Source of the DNA: an uncultured Streptomycetaceae bacterium | GTDB taxonomy: Bacteria > Pseudomonadota > Gammaproteobacteria > Burkholderiales > SG8-41 | Direction of reading: 5' to 3' | NCBI GenBank assembly: GCA_964476235.1 | Contig: CAYYZZ010000001.1 | Coordinates: 1 to 53,726 of the forward strand | DNA length: 53,726 nt | Shown: positions 1 to 8,094 of the stretch, in pieces | Layout: each line of letters opens with the position of its first letter | Numbering within the stretch: position 1 is the first letter of the stretch | Position numbers and translations under genes: made by a program | The notes under the pieces: model-generated | Seen by the model: only the letters and a program-made list of their open reading frames with translations | Told to the model about the DNA's origin: nothing | Database searches by the model: none

Positions 1-1
1 A

Positions 2-343
2 GCGCCCAAGCCGGCCACGGCACCCGCGCCGGCTCCGGCGCCCAAACCGGCTGCTGCGCCGGCAGCGGGCGAGGCGCAACCGCTCGCGGCGCTCCAGATC
101 CTGACCGGCGGGGCCGCGGGCAAGGAGATCGAGCTCATCAAGAATCTCACCACGCTCGGCAAGCCGGGCCTGCAGGTGGCGGTCATCACGCGGCGCCCGC
201 AGGGCTATTTCATCACCCACGTCGAGGGCGCCAGCTTCCCGGTGATCAACGGCAAGGCGCTCGACAACCAGGCCCGCCCGTTGAACGATCACGACGTGAT
301 CGAACTGGCCGGCGTGAAAATGGAATTTTTCATCAAGAAGTAA
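2..343 (+). CDS. FHA-domain protein, C-terminal fragment (5' end lies outside the window)
   Basis: Frame is open from the window edge to TAA at 341-343. A Pro/Ala-rich linker is followed by ...TLGKPGLQVAVITRRPQGYFITHVEG..VINGKAL..DHDVIELAGVKMEFFIKK, which looks like an FHA beta-sandwich C-terminus. It is absent from the ORF track because no start codon lies in the window. Confidence 0.55.
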   Translation, partial: APKPATAPAPAPAPKPAAAPAAGEAQPLAALQILTGGAAGKEIELIKNLTTLGKPGLQVAVITRRPQGYFITHVEGASFPVINGKALDNQARPLNDHDVIELAGVKMEFFIKK

Positions 344-378
344 ATAACAGCCGCCAGTCGGCCGGCAAATGGCGGGGT

Positions 379-421
379 CGGGCCGGATATCGGTGCAGTG
401 CCGGTGTCCGGCCTTCGTTTC
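379..421 (+). terminator. possible rho-independent terminator after the FHA gene
   Basis: GGGCCGGA (380-387) pairs with TCCGGCC (407-413) and is followed by TTCGTTTC. Confidence 0.4.
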
Positions 422-502
422 TGACAGTGACCGGGCGCACGCGCGGCGCCTGCTGGCGGCGGATGTCAACGGCGATAGGGCGGTAATGCAGGGGAAAAGA
501 GG

Positions 503-2761
503 ATGCTCGCGGCGATAAAGAAGCATCTGGCTCGGATCATCATCGGCCTCATCGTGGTGCTGGTCTTCCTCGTTCACGCCATCGGGCTGTGGGGGCTCCG
601 GCTTCCGCTGCTCGAAAAACTCGAGGCCATCATCTACGACACGCGGCTGCAGCTCACCATGCCGGGTGGCGTGGATACGCGCATCGTGATCCTCGACATT
701 GACGAGAAGAGCCTCGCCGAGAGAGAGAAGGGCGGCGAGGGGCGCTGGCCGTGGCCGCGCGACCGCATGGCGCTGCTGCTCGACAAGCTGTTCGACCAGC
801 ACGAGATCGCCGTGCTCGGCTTCGACGTGGTGTTTGCCGAGCGCGACGAGTCCTCGGGCATCCGCGTGCTCGAGCGCCTGGGCGCGCGGGAATTCCGCGA
901 TGTCCCGCAATATCAGTCGGTGCTGAAGCAGGTCAAGCCGCAGCTCGAGTACGACGACATCCTCGCGCGGAAGATGAAGGGCCGCGCAGTGGTAATGGGC
1001 TACATTTTTTCCGGCGAGGAGCAGGGGCTGGCGCCGAAGAAGGGCGTGCTGCCCCTGCCGATTTTCAGCGCTGAATCGTTTGCGGGCAGGCCGGTCCGGA
1101 CCACTTCCTGGAACGGCTACACGGCCAACCTCGAGGTGCTCCAGAGGAGCGCGGCAAGCGCGGGGCATTTCAACTCGCACACCGACGACGACGGCATCGT
1201 GCGGCGCGTGCCGATGCTGGCCGAATACCAGGGTGCCTACTACGAGCCGCTCTCGCTGGCGATGGTGCGCGTGCTGCTTGGCTCGCCGCCGGTCAAGGCG
1301 GCCGCCCCGGACCATGCGCTCGCCCCGGAGGGCTACCCCGATCTCGAATGGCTGGAGGTCGGCACGCTCAGGATCCCGGTGGACGACGCCGCGAGCGCGC
1401 TGGTTCCCTATCGCGGGCGCAAGAACAGCTTCAAGTATTACTCGATCGTGGACGTGATCAACGACCGTATCGACCCGTCCGAATTGAAGGGCAAGATCGC
1501 CATAGTGGGCACGACGGCCCCCGGGCTGCTCGACCTGCGGGCGACCCCGGTGGATGCGGTCTACCCCGGCGTCGAGGTGCACGCCAACATGATCGCGGGC
1601 ATACTCGACGGCAACATCAAGCAGCGGCCGCCTTACGTGGTGGGCGCCGAGTTCGTGCTGCTGCTGATATCGGGCCTGGTGCTGGCGCTGCTGCTCCCGC
1701 TGCTGAACCCGCTCAGGCTGACCCTGGTGACCATGCTGGTGCTGGTCGCGGTGCTGGCCGGCAACGTGATCGTGTTCGAGCACGGCCACCTGGTGCTGCC
1801 GCTTGCCTCGGGCGTGGTGATGATATTGCTGCTGTTCACGCTCAATATGGCCTACGGCTTTTTCATCGAGGCGCGCGGCGCGCGCCTCATCACCGGCTTG
1901 TTCGGCCAGTACGTGCCGCCCGAGCTGGTGGAGAAAATGGCGGAGAACCCCGAGCAGTTCAACATGGCGCCGCGCGCGGAGGAACTCTCGGTGCTGTTCT
2001 CGGACGTGCGCGGGTTCACGACCATCTCGGAGAGCCTCTCGCCCGAGGACCTGTCCAGTTACATCAACGAGTACCTCACCACGATGAGCCTGGTGATCCG
2101 CGAGCGGCACCGCGGTACGCTCGACAAGTACATCGGCGACGCGGTGATGGCGTTCTGGGGCGCCCCCGTGGCCGATCGCCAGCACGCGAGGAACGCCGTG
2201 CTGGCGGCCCTAGACATGCAGAAGGAAGCGGTGGATCTCAACGAGAAATTCAAGGCAAAAGGCTGGCCGACGTTCGCGATCGGCATCGGCGTGAATTCCG
2301 GCGTGGTGCGCGTCGGCGACATGGGCTCGCAGATCCGCAAGGCCTACACGGTCATGGGCGATGCAGTGAACACCGCATCGCGGCTCGAAGGCATCACAAA
2401 ACAGTATGGGGCTGATATTATTATCGGAGAAGGCACCCAGAAGCTGCTTTCGGGCTTCGTCTGCCGCGAGGTCGACCAGGTGCGGGTGAAGGGCAAGAAA
2501 GAGCCGGTTGCGATCTACGAGCCGTTCGGACTGGAGGGCCAGGTTGACCAGGCCAAGCTTGACGAGATTAAGTTATGGAATCAGGCGCTTAAGTACTATC
2601 GCTCGCAACAATGGGATCAGGCTGAGTTACAGTTGCTCAACCTCAAGAAGATGGAACCCGAGATCGAGTTATATGACATCTACCTCGAGCGGATCGCCAT
2701 CTTCCGCAAGGAGCCTCCGGGGGACGGATGGCATGGCGTGTGGAAATTTGAGACCAAGTGA
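503..2761 (+). CDS. CHASE2-domain membrane adenylate/guanylate cyclase (class III)
   Basis: 752-aa ORF with AAGAGG just upstream of the ATG. It has an N-terminal TM helix, a large extracytoplasmic region and a block of TM helices (CHASE2-type layout). The C-terminus carries class III cyclase motifs FSDVRGFTTISE, YIGDAVMAFWGAP and VNTASRLEG. Confidence 0.9.
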   Translation: MLAAIKKHLARIIIGLIVVLVFLVHAIGLWGLRLPLLEKLEAIIYDTRLQLTMPGGVDTRIVILDIDEKSLAEREKGGEGRWPWPRDRMALLLDKLFDQHEIAVLGFDVVFAERDESSGIRVLERLGAREFRDVPQYQSVLKQVKPQLEYDDILARKMKGRAVVMGYIFSGEEQGLAPKKGVLPLPIFSAESFAGRPVRTTSWNGYTANLEVLQRSAASAGHFNSHTDDDGIVRRVPMLAEYQGAYYEPLSLAMVRVLLGSPPVKAAAPDHALAPEGYPDLEWLEVGTLRIPVDDAASALVPYRGRKNSFKYYSIVDVINDRIDPSELKGKIAIVGTTAPGLLDLRATPVDAVYPGVEVHANMIAGILDGNIKQRPPYVVGAEFVLLLISGLVLALLLPLLNPLRLTLVTMLVLVAVLAGNVIVFEHGHLVLPLASGVVMILLLFTLNMAYGFFIEARGARLITGLFGQYVPPELVEKMAENPEQFNMAPRAEELSVLFSDVRGFTTISESLSPEDLSSYINEYLTTMSLVIRERHRGTLDKYIGDAVMAFWGAPVADRQHARNAVLAALDMQKEAVDLNEKFKAKGWPTFAIGIGVNSGVVRVGDMGSQIRKAYTVMGDAVNTASRLEGITKQYGADIIIGEGTQKLLSGFVCREVDQVRVKGKKEPVAIYEPFGLEGQVDQAKLDEIKLWNQALKYYRSQQWDQAELQLLNLKKMEPEIELYDIYLERIAIFRKEPPGDGWHGVWKFETK

Positions 2762-3525
2762 TGAAGCTGAGGGTACTCGGTTGCAGCGGCGGCATCGGCG
2801 GCGAGTTGCGCACCACGTCGTTCCTGCTCGATCACGATACGCTGATCGATGCCGGCACCGGGGTGGGCGATCTCTCGATCAACGAGCTCGCGCAGATCGA
2901 CCACGTCTTCGTCACGCACTCGCACATGGATCACGTGACCTCGATCCCGTTCATCGTGGACACCGTGGGCTGGATACGCGAGAAGCCGCTCACGGTGCAC
3001 GCGACCCGGGATACGCTCGCCATCCTGAAGGAGCATCTGTTCAACTGGAAGCTGTGGCCGGATTTCTCCCAGATTCCGGACGCGAAGAACCCGGTGATGC
3101 GTTTCGAGACGGTCGCAATGGGAAGTCCGGTGACATTGAACGGGCGCACCATCACGCCGCTTCCCGCCAATCACGTGGTGCCGGCGGTGGGCTACCGGCT
3201 CGATTCGGACAAGGCGAGCCTGGTGTTCACGGGGGATACCACCAGCAACGATGCGCTGTGGCCGATCGTGAACGAGATTGCCAACCTGAAGTACCTGATC
3301 ATCGAGACCGCGCTGTCGGATCGCGAACGGGATCTCGCTCGCAGGTCGAAGCATCTTTGCCCCAGCATGCTGGCGGAGGAGCTCGCGAAGCTGAAGCTCG
3401 CGCCGGAGATCTACATCACGCACCTAAAGCCGCGCGAATCCGAGCTCATCATGCAGCAGATCGCGGTCAGGGTGCAGGGGCGCAGGCCGCGAATGCTGCA
3501 GAACAACCATGTATTCGAATTTTGA
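2758..3525 (+). CDS. class II 3',5'-cyclic-nucleotide phosphodiesterase (metallo-beta-lactamase fold)
   Basis: 255-aa ORF whose ATG overlaps the cyclase stop (ATGA at 2758-2761). THSHMDHV (HxHxDH) and the overall layout resemble CpdP/PDE1-type class II phosphodiesterases. Confidence 0.75.
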   Translation: MMKLRVLGCSGGIGGELRTTSFLLDHDTLIDAGTGVGDLSINELAQIDHVFVTHSHMDHVTSIPFIVDTVGWIREKPLTVHATRDTLAILKEHLFNWKLWPDFSQIPDAKNPVMRFETVAMGSPVTLNGRTITPLPANHVVPAVGYRLDSDKASLVFTGDTTSNDALWPIVNEIANLKYLIIETALSDRERDLARRSKHLCPSMLAEELAKLKLAPEIYITHLKPRESELIMQQIAVRVQGRRPRMLQNNHVFEF

Positions 3526-3612
3526 TCGGGACGCATGGCTTGAGAGATACTGGAAATCAAGGTCGCAGTACGCTGTTATCCGCAGGATAGAAACCGACAG
3601 GGCGAGGTCACT

Positions 3613-5997
3613 ATGAGCACGGTATTCCAAAGCAAGCCGGTTGCGCAGGATAATCTGGCCGAAAAACTGCAGTTTCAGACGAAACTGCAGGCGGTCACCA
3701 ACAAGATCCATGCGACCAAGAACATCGACGAGATCATTCTCGAGCTGTCGCAGGAATTGTGCAATTTGTTCAACGCGGACCGGCTGACGATTTACCTCAC
3801 GAGCGAGGACAAGGGCTCGATCATCTCCAAGGTGAAAACCGGGCTCAACTCGTTCAAGGACATCAAGCTGCCGATCAACGAGCAGTCAGTCGCCGGTTTC
3901 GTCGCCTCCAGCAAGCGCACTATCAACATCCGGGATGTCTACGACGACGCGGAGCTGAAGTCCTACAGCCCGCACCTGAACTTCCTCAAGGCGGTGGACG
4001 CCAAGACCGGATACCGCACCAAGCAGATGCTGGTCTCGTCGGTGCTGGAGGCCAAGACCAAGGAGCTGATCGGGGTGGTGCAGATCATCAACTCCAAGAC
4101 CGGCCAGCCGTTTCCGCCCATGATGGAGGAGGGCGTGGTGCAGTTGTGCGAGACGCTCGCGATCGCTTTCCGCCAGCGCCAGGGCCCGATGATGCAGGTG
4201 CGCACCAAGTACGACGGGCTGGTGACCAACGCCGTGATCTCCGCGGAAGAACTGGAGTTGGCGCAGCGCTCGGCGCGGCGCAAGAACCTCGATCTCGAGA
4301 CCGTGCTGATCGATGAGTTCAAAGTCACCACGCAGGCACTGGGGGACGCCCTGTCGGCGTACTTCGGCATGCCGTACGAGCCGCACAAGACCGACCGCAT
4401 CAAACCGCCGGATATCCTGAAGAACATGAGCCGGGAATTCTGCCAGACCAACCACTGGATCCCGCTCGAGGACAGCAAGGAAGGCATCATCGTGATCGCC
4501 ATCGACCCGGAGAAGACCAAGGCGTCGAAGATGGTCAACAACGTCTATCCGAAGAGCAAGGTCGTCTACCGGGTCACGACCAATCGCGAGTTCGCTTCCA
4601 CGCTCGATCAGATGTTCGGCGGCGGTGGGATGGGGGCGATGGCAGACTCTGGCGATATCGGCGATATTTTGGGGACGCTGGATGACGACAGCGATGCTCA
4701 CATCGAGGGCATGTCGGAGGACGTCGCATCCGCTGCCAACGACAACGAGCTGGTGAAGCTCGTCAACAAGGTCATCATCGACGCCTACCAGCAGGGCGCA
4801 TCGGACATCCACATCGAGCCCTATCCGGGCAAGGGCAAGACCGAGATCCGCTTCCGCAAGGATGGCGACCTGGTGCCGTACATCCAGGTGCCGGCAAGCT
4901 ACCGCAATTCGCTTGCGGCACGGCTCAAGATCATGTGCGATCTTGATATCTCCGAGCGCCGCAAGCCGCAGGACGGCAAGATCAAGTTCAAGAAATTCGG
5001 GCCGCTGGACATCGAGCTGCGGGTGGCGACCATCCCCACGCAAGGCGGGGTGGAGGACATCGTGATGCGGATACTCTCCGCCGGCGAGCCGCTGCCGCTC
5101 GACAAGATGGGGTTTTCCAAGCGCAATCTGACACTGTGCAAGCAGGAGGCCGACAAGCCGTATGGCCTGTTCTTCGTGTGCGGCCCCACCGGCTCGGGCA
5201 AGACCACCACGCTGCATTCGGTGCTCGGCTACCTCAACACGCCGGACATGAAGATCTGGACCGCGGAGGACCCGGTCGAAATCACGCAGAAAGGCTTGCG
5301 CCAGGTGCAGATGAATCCCAAGGCGGGACTCACCTTTGCGATCGCCATGAGAGCCTTCCTGCGAGCCGATCCGGACGTGATTATGGTCGGGGAAATGCGC
5401 GACAAGGAGACGGTCTCGACCGGCATCGAGGCCTCGCTCACCGGCCACCTGGTGTTCGCCACGCTGCACACCAACAGCGCGCCGGAATCCATCACCCGCC
5501 TGCTCGACATGGGCATGGACCCGTTCAACTTCGCCGACGCCCTGCTCGGCATTCTCGCCCAGCGTCTCGCCCGGCGGCTGTGCAAGTGCAAGCAAGCGCA
5601 TGTCGCGACCACCGAGGAAATCCAAGCGCTGATGGAGGAGTACTCTCTCGAGTTGACACACACGGAAACCTGGAAAAAGGATCCCGAGGCCGCGCGCGAG
5701 AAGCTGTACGAGGACTGGGCGAAGGAGTTTGGCAACGACAAGGGCGAAATTGTGCTCCACACCGCCAAGGGGTGCGAAGTATGCGGCAATACCGGCTACA
5801 AGGGCCGCTTGGGGCTGCACGAACTCTTGGTCGGCACCGACCGCATCAAGAAGCACATCCAGGAGCATGCGCGCGTGGCGGAGATATTCGCGACCGCCCT
5901 CGAGGACGGCATGAGGACGCTCAAGCAGGACGGCATCGAGAAGGTATTGCTGGGGATCACCGACATCCAGCAAGTGCGCGCGGTGTGCATCAAGTAG
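3613..5997 (+). CDS. GspE/PilB-family secretion/pilus ATPase with N-terminal GAF domain
   Basis: 794 aa. The N-terminal ~190 aa are GAF-like (..KTGYRTKQMLVSSV...LIGVVQIINSK). A T2SSE_N-like region follows, then Walker A GPTGSGKTT, DPDVIMVGEMRD, TGHLVFATLHTN and a C-terminal Cys cluster (CKCK...CEVCGNTGYKGR). Confidence 0.9.
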   Translation: MSTVFQSKPVAQDNLAEKLQFQTKLQAVTNKIHATKNIDEIILELSQELCNLFNADRLTIYLTSEDKGSIISKVKTGLNSFKDIKLPINEQSVAGFVASSKRTINIRDVYDDAELKSYSPHLNFLKAVDAKTGYRTKQMLVSSVLEAKTKELIGVVQIINSKTGQPFPPMMEEGVVQLCETLAIAFRQRQGPMMQVRTKYDGLVTNAVISAEELELAQRSARRKNLDLETVLIDEFKVTTQALGDALSAYFGMPYEPHKTDRIKPPDILKNMSREFCQTNHWIPLEDSKEGIIVIAIDPEKTKASKMVNNVYPKSKVVYRVTTNREFASTLDQMFGGGGMGAMADSGDIGDILGTLDDDSDAHIEGMSEDVASAANDNELVKLVNKVIIDAYQQGASDIHIEPYPGKGKTEIRFRKDGDLVPYIQVPASYRNSLAARLKIMCDLDISERRKPQDGKIKFKKFGPLDIELRVATIPTQGGVEDIVMRILSAGEPLPLDKMGFSKRNLTLCKQEADKPYGLFFVCGPTGSGKTTTLHSVLGYLNTPDMKIWTAEDPVEITQKGLRQVQMNPKAGLTFAIAMRAFLRADPDVIMVGEMRDKETVSTGIEASLTGHLVFATLHTNSAPESITRLLDMGMDPFNFADALLGILAQRLARRLCKCKQAHVATTEEIQALMEEYSLELTHTETWKKDPEAAREKLYEDWAKEFGNDKGEIVLHTAKGCEVCGNTGYKGRLGLHELLVGTDRIKKHIQEHARVAEIFATALEDGMRTLKQDGIEKVLLGITDIQQVRAVCIK

Positions 5998-6005
5998 CGC
6001 ATGGC

Positions 6006-7661
6006 ATGAACGATCCCGGCCGTTCCCGCGGTGGGGACGACTTGCTCAAGCGTCTCGAGCAGCTCAACCATATTGGCATTGCCCTCTCGCAGGAGAGGGA
6101 CATCACCAAGCTGCTCGAGGCGATCCTCGTCGCCGCCAAGGACGTCACCCACGCCGACGGCGGCACGCTCTACCGCATGACCGAGGAGAAGACGCTCAAG
6201 TTCGAGATCATCCGCAACGACACGCTCGGCATCGCGATGGGCGGCACCACCGGCGTCGAGATCCCGTTCTACCCGATCTACCTGTTCGACAAGGAAGGCA
6301 CGCCGGTCAAGACCATGGTGGCCGCCTACGCGGTGCACAACGACCAGTCGGTCAATATCGCCGACGCGTATACCGCGGAAGGCTTCGATTTCACCGGCAC
6401 AAAGAATTTCGACAAGAAAACCGGCTATCGGTCGACGTCTTTCCTCACCGTGCCGATGAAGAACCACGAGGGCGAGATCATCGGCGTGCTGCAGCTGATC
6501 AATTCCAAGGACCCGGCGACTGGCGAGGTAGTCGCATTTTCCGACGCCGACCAGCACCTGTCCGAATCGCTCGCCTCGCAGGCAGCTATCGCGCTCACCA
6601 ACCGGCTGCTGATCAACCACCTGGAGAACCTGTTCGAGTCGTTCATCGGGCTGATCAACGCCGCGATCGACGACAAGTCGCCCTACACCGGCGGGCACTG
6701 CCAGCGCGTGCCGATGCTCACCATGATGCTGGCGGAGGCAGTCAACGACTGCAAGGTCGGCCCGCTCCGGAATTTCGCCATGACTGACCGCGATCGCTAC
6801 GAGTTGAAGATCGCGGGGCTGCTGCACGATTGCGGCAAGGTCACCACCCCGGTGCACGTGGTGGACAAGGCGACCAAGCTGCAGACCATCTTCGACCGGA
6901 TCGCGCTCGTCGACACGCGCTTCGAGGTGGTGAAGCGCGACACCGAGATCGCGGCCCTGCGAGGGCGGCTAAAGGCGCTGGAGAAGGGGGCCGCCGACGA
7001 CGGCGCTCTCGGAAGGGAGGTCGAATCGAGGTTTAAGACGATCGAAGACGACCGGGAATTCCTGCGGCGCGCCAATGTCGGCGGGGAAGCGATGAATGAG
7101 GAGGATGTCGCCAGGGTGCAGGAGATCACCAAGCGCTATCGCTGGCGCAACACGGACGGAGACAGTGCAGACTTCCTGAGCGACGAGGAGCTGAAGAATC
7201 TTACCATCCGCTACGGCACGCTGACCCCGGATGAACGCAGTATCATCAACCACCACATCGAAGTCACGATCCAGATGCTAGAAGCCCTGCCGTGGCCCAA
7301 GCACCTGAAGAACGTGCCCGAGTACGCCGGGGGGCACCACGAGCGCATGGACGGCAAGGGCTATCCGCGCGGGCTCACGCGTGAGCAGATGTCGGTCCAG
7401 GCGCGCTGCATGGGCATAGCCGACATCTTCGAGGCGCTGACCGCCAAGGACCGCCCGTACAAGAAAGGCAAGACGCTCACCGAGTCGCTTACCATACTCG
7501 GAAAGTTCAAGCTGAACGGGCACATCGACCCGGACCTCTTCGATGTCTTCATGTGGGAAAAAATCTACGAGAAGTACGCCAAGCAATTCCTCGATCCCGA
7601 CCAGATCGACGAAGTCGACGTCACGAAAATCCCGGGCTACGTTGCCCGGCCCGCGCGCTAG
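6006..7661 (+). CDS. GAF-domain HD-GYP phosphohydrolase (putative c-di-GMP phosphodiesterase)
   Basis: Start set at ATG 6006, 9 nt after the ATPase stop. The upstream part of track ORF 5136..7661 is an out-of-frame shadow over the ATPase gene. The N-terminus is GAF-like (KKTGYRSTSFLTVPM...IIGVLQLINSK), followed by HD (LLHDCGK) and HHERMDGKGYPRGL. Confidence 0.9.
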   Translation: MNDPGRSRGGDDLLKRLEQLNHIGIALSQERDITKLLEAILVAAKDVTHADGGTLYRMTEEKTLKFEIIRNDTLGIAMGGTTGVEIPFYPIYLFDKEGTPVKTMVAAYAVHNDQSVNIADAYTAEGFDFTGTKNFDKKTGYRSTSFLTVPMKNHEGEIIGVLQLINSKDPATGEVVAFSDADQHLSESLASQAAIALTNRLLINHLENLFESFIGLINAAIDDKSPYTGGHCQRVPMLTMMLAEAVNDCKVGPLRNFAMTDRDRYELKIAGLLHDCGKVTTPVHVVDKATKLQTIFDRIALVDTRFEVVKRDTEIAALRGRLKALEKGAADDGALGREVESRFKTIEDDREFLRRANVGGEAMNEEDVARVQEITKRYRWRNTDGDSADFLSDEELKNLTIRYGTLTPDERSIINHHIEVTIQMLEALPWPKHLKNVPEYAGGHHERMDGKGYPRGLTREQMSVQARCMGIADIFEALTAKDRPYKKGKTLTESLTILGKFKLNGHIDPDLFDVFMWEKIYEKYAKQFLDPDQIDEVDVTKIPGYVARPAR

Positions 7662-7680
7662 AGCCCGGCGCGCCCCTGGT

Positions 7681-7995
7681 TCATTTGACCGACATCCGGA
7701 TGACCAGGTCCTTGACCAGGGCCTCGACAAATTGCTCGCCGTATCCCAGCTCTTTCAGTTCCCAACGGAATGTATTGCCCAGCCGCGCCGTCTTGTAGAT
7801 GCCGAGCTTATGCTGTTTCTTGAAATCGACGGCTTTCTTCAGCGATTCTTCCAGGACCGACGCCACTTTCTTCTGCGAGACTTTTCGCGCGCCGTCGGCG
7901 CCAGGTACCGGGGGGTAGTATCTTGCTATTTCCGCAACCAGCGACCTGGCGAATTCGTCGACCTGTTTTCCAGAAACCGAACCGAAGAAATTCAT
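7681..7995 (-). CDS. hypothetical protein (104 aa)
   Basis: Clean ORF convergent with the HD-GYP gene and coding-like codon usage. I recognise no motif. Confidence 0.55.
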   Translation of the reverse strand: MNFFGSVSGKQVDEFARSLVAEIARYYPPVPGADGARKVSQKKVASVLEESLKKAVDFKKQHKLGIYKTARLGNTFRWELKELGYGEQFVEALVKDLVIRMSVK

Positions 7996-8094
7996 TGAGG
8001 CTGCTCGCGAGAAAGGGCCGTTGCATTATGGTGCGTCCTGCCTGGACGGTCAATACAACGGGCGCCGTCCGCGGCCGGAACCGGTAATACGGCA

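Noticed and set aside
3886-5973. 695-aa antisense ORF across the ATPase gene. Similar long shadow ORFs occur at 1348-2415(+), 9928-11748(-), 16174-17739(+), 21070-23118(-), 36063-37208(-), 39203-40807(-), 44509-46107(-) and 22593-24128(+).
   Set aside because: These are typical stop-poor alternative frames of a GC-rich genome. The translations are Arg/Ala/Gly/Pro-rich and low in complexity. Each overlaps a gene with clear family motifs in another frame.
5136-6005. N-terminal 290 codons of track ORF 5136..7661, which would make an 841-aa HD-GYP protein.
   Set aside because: This part is out of frame over the 3' end of the ATPase gene and has shadow-ORF composition. The recognisable protein starts at ATG 6006, right after the ATPase stop.
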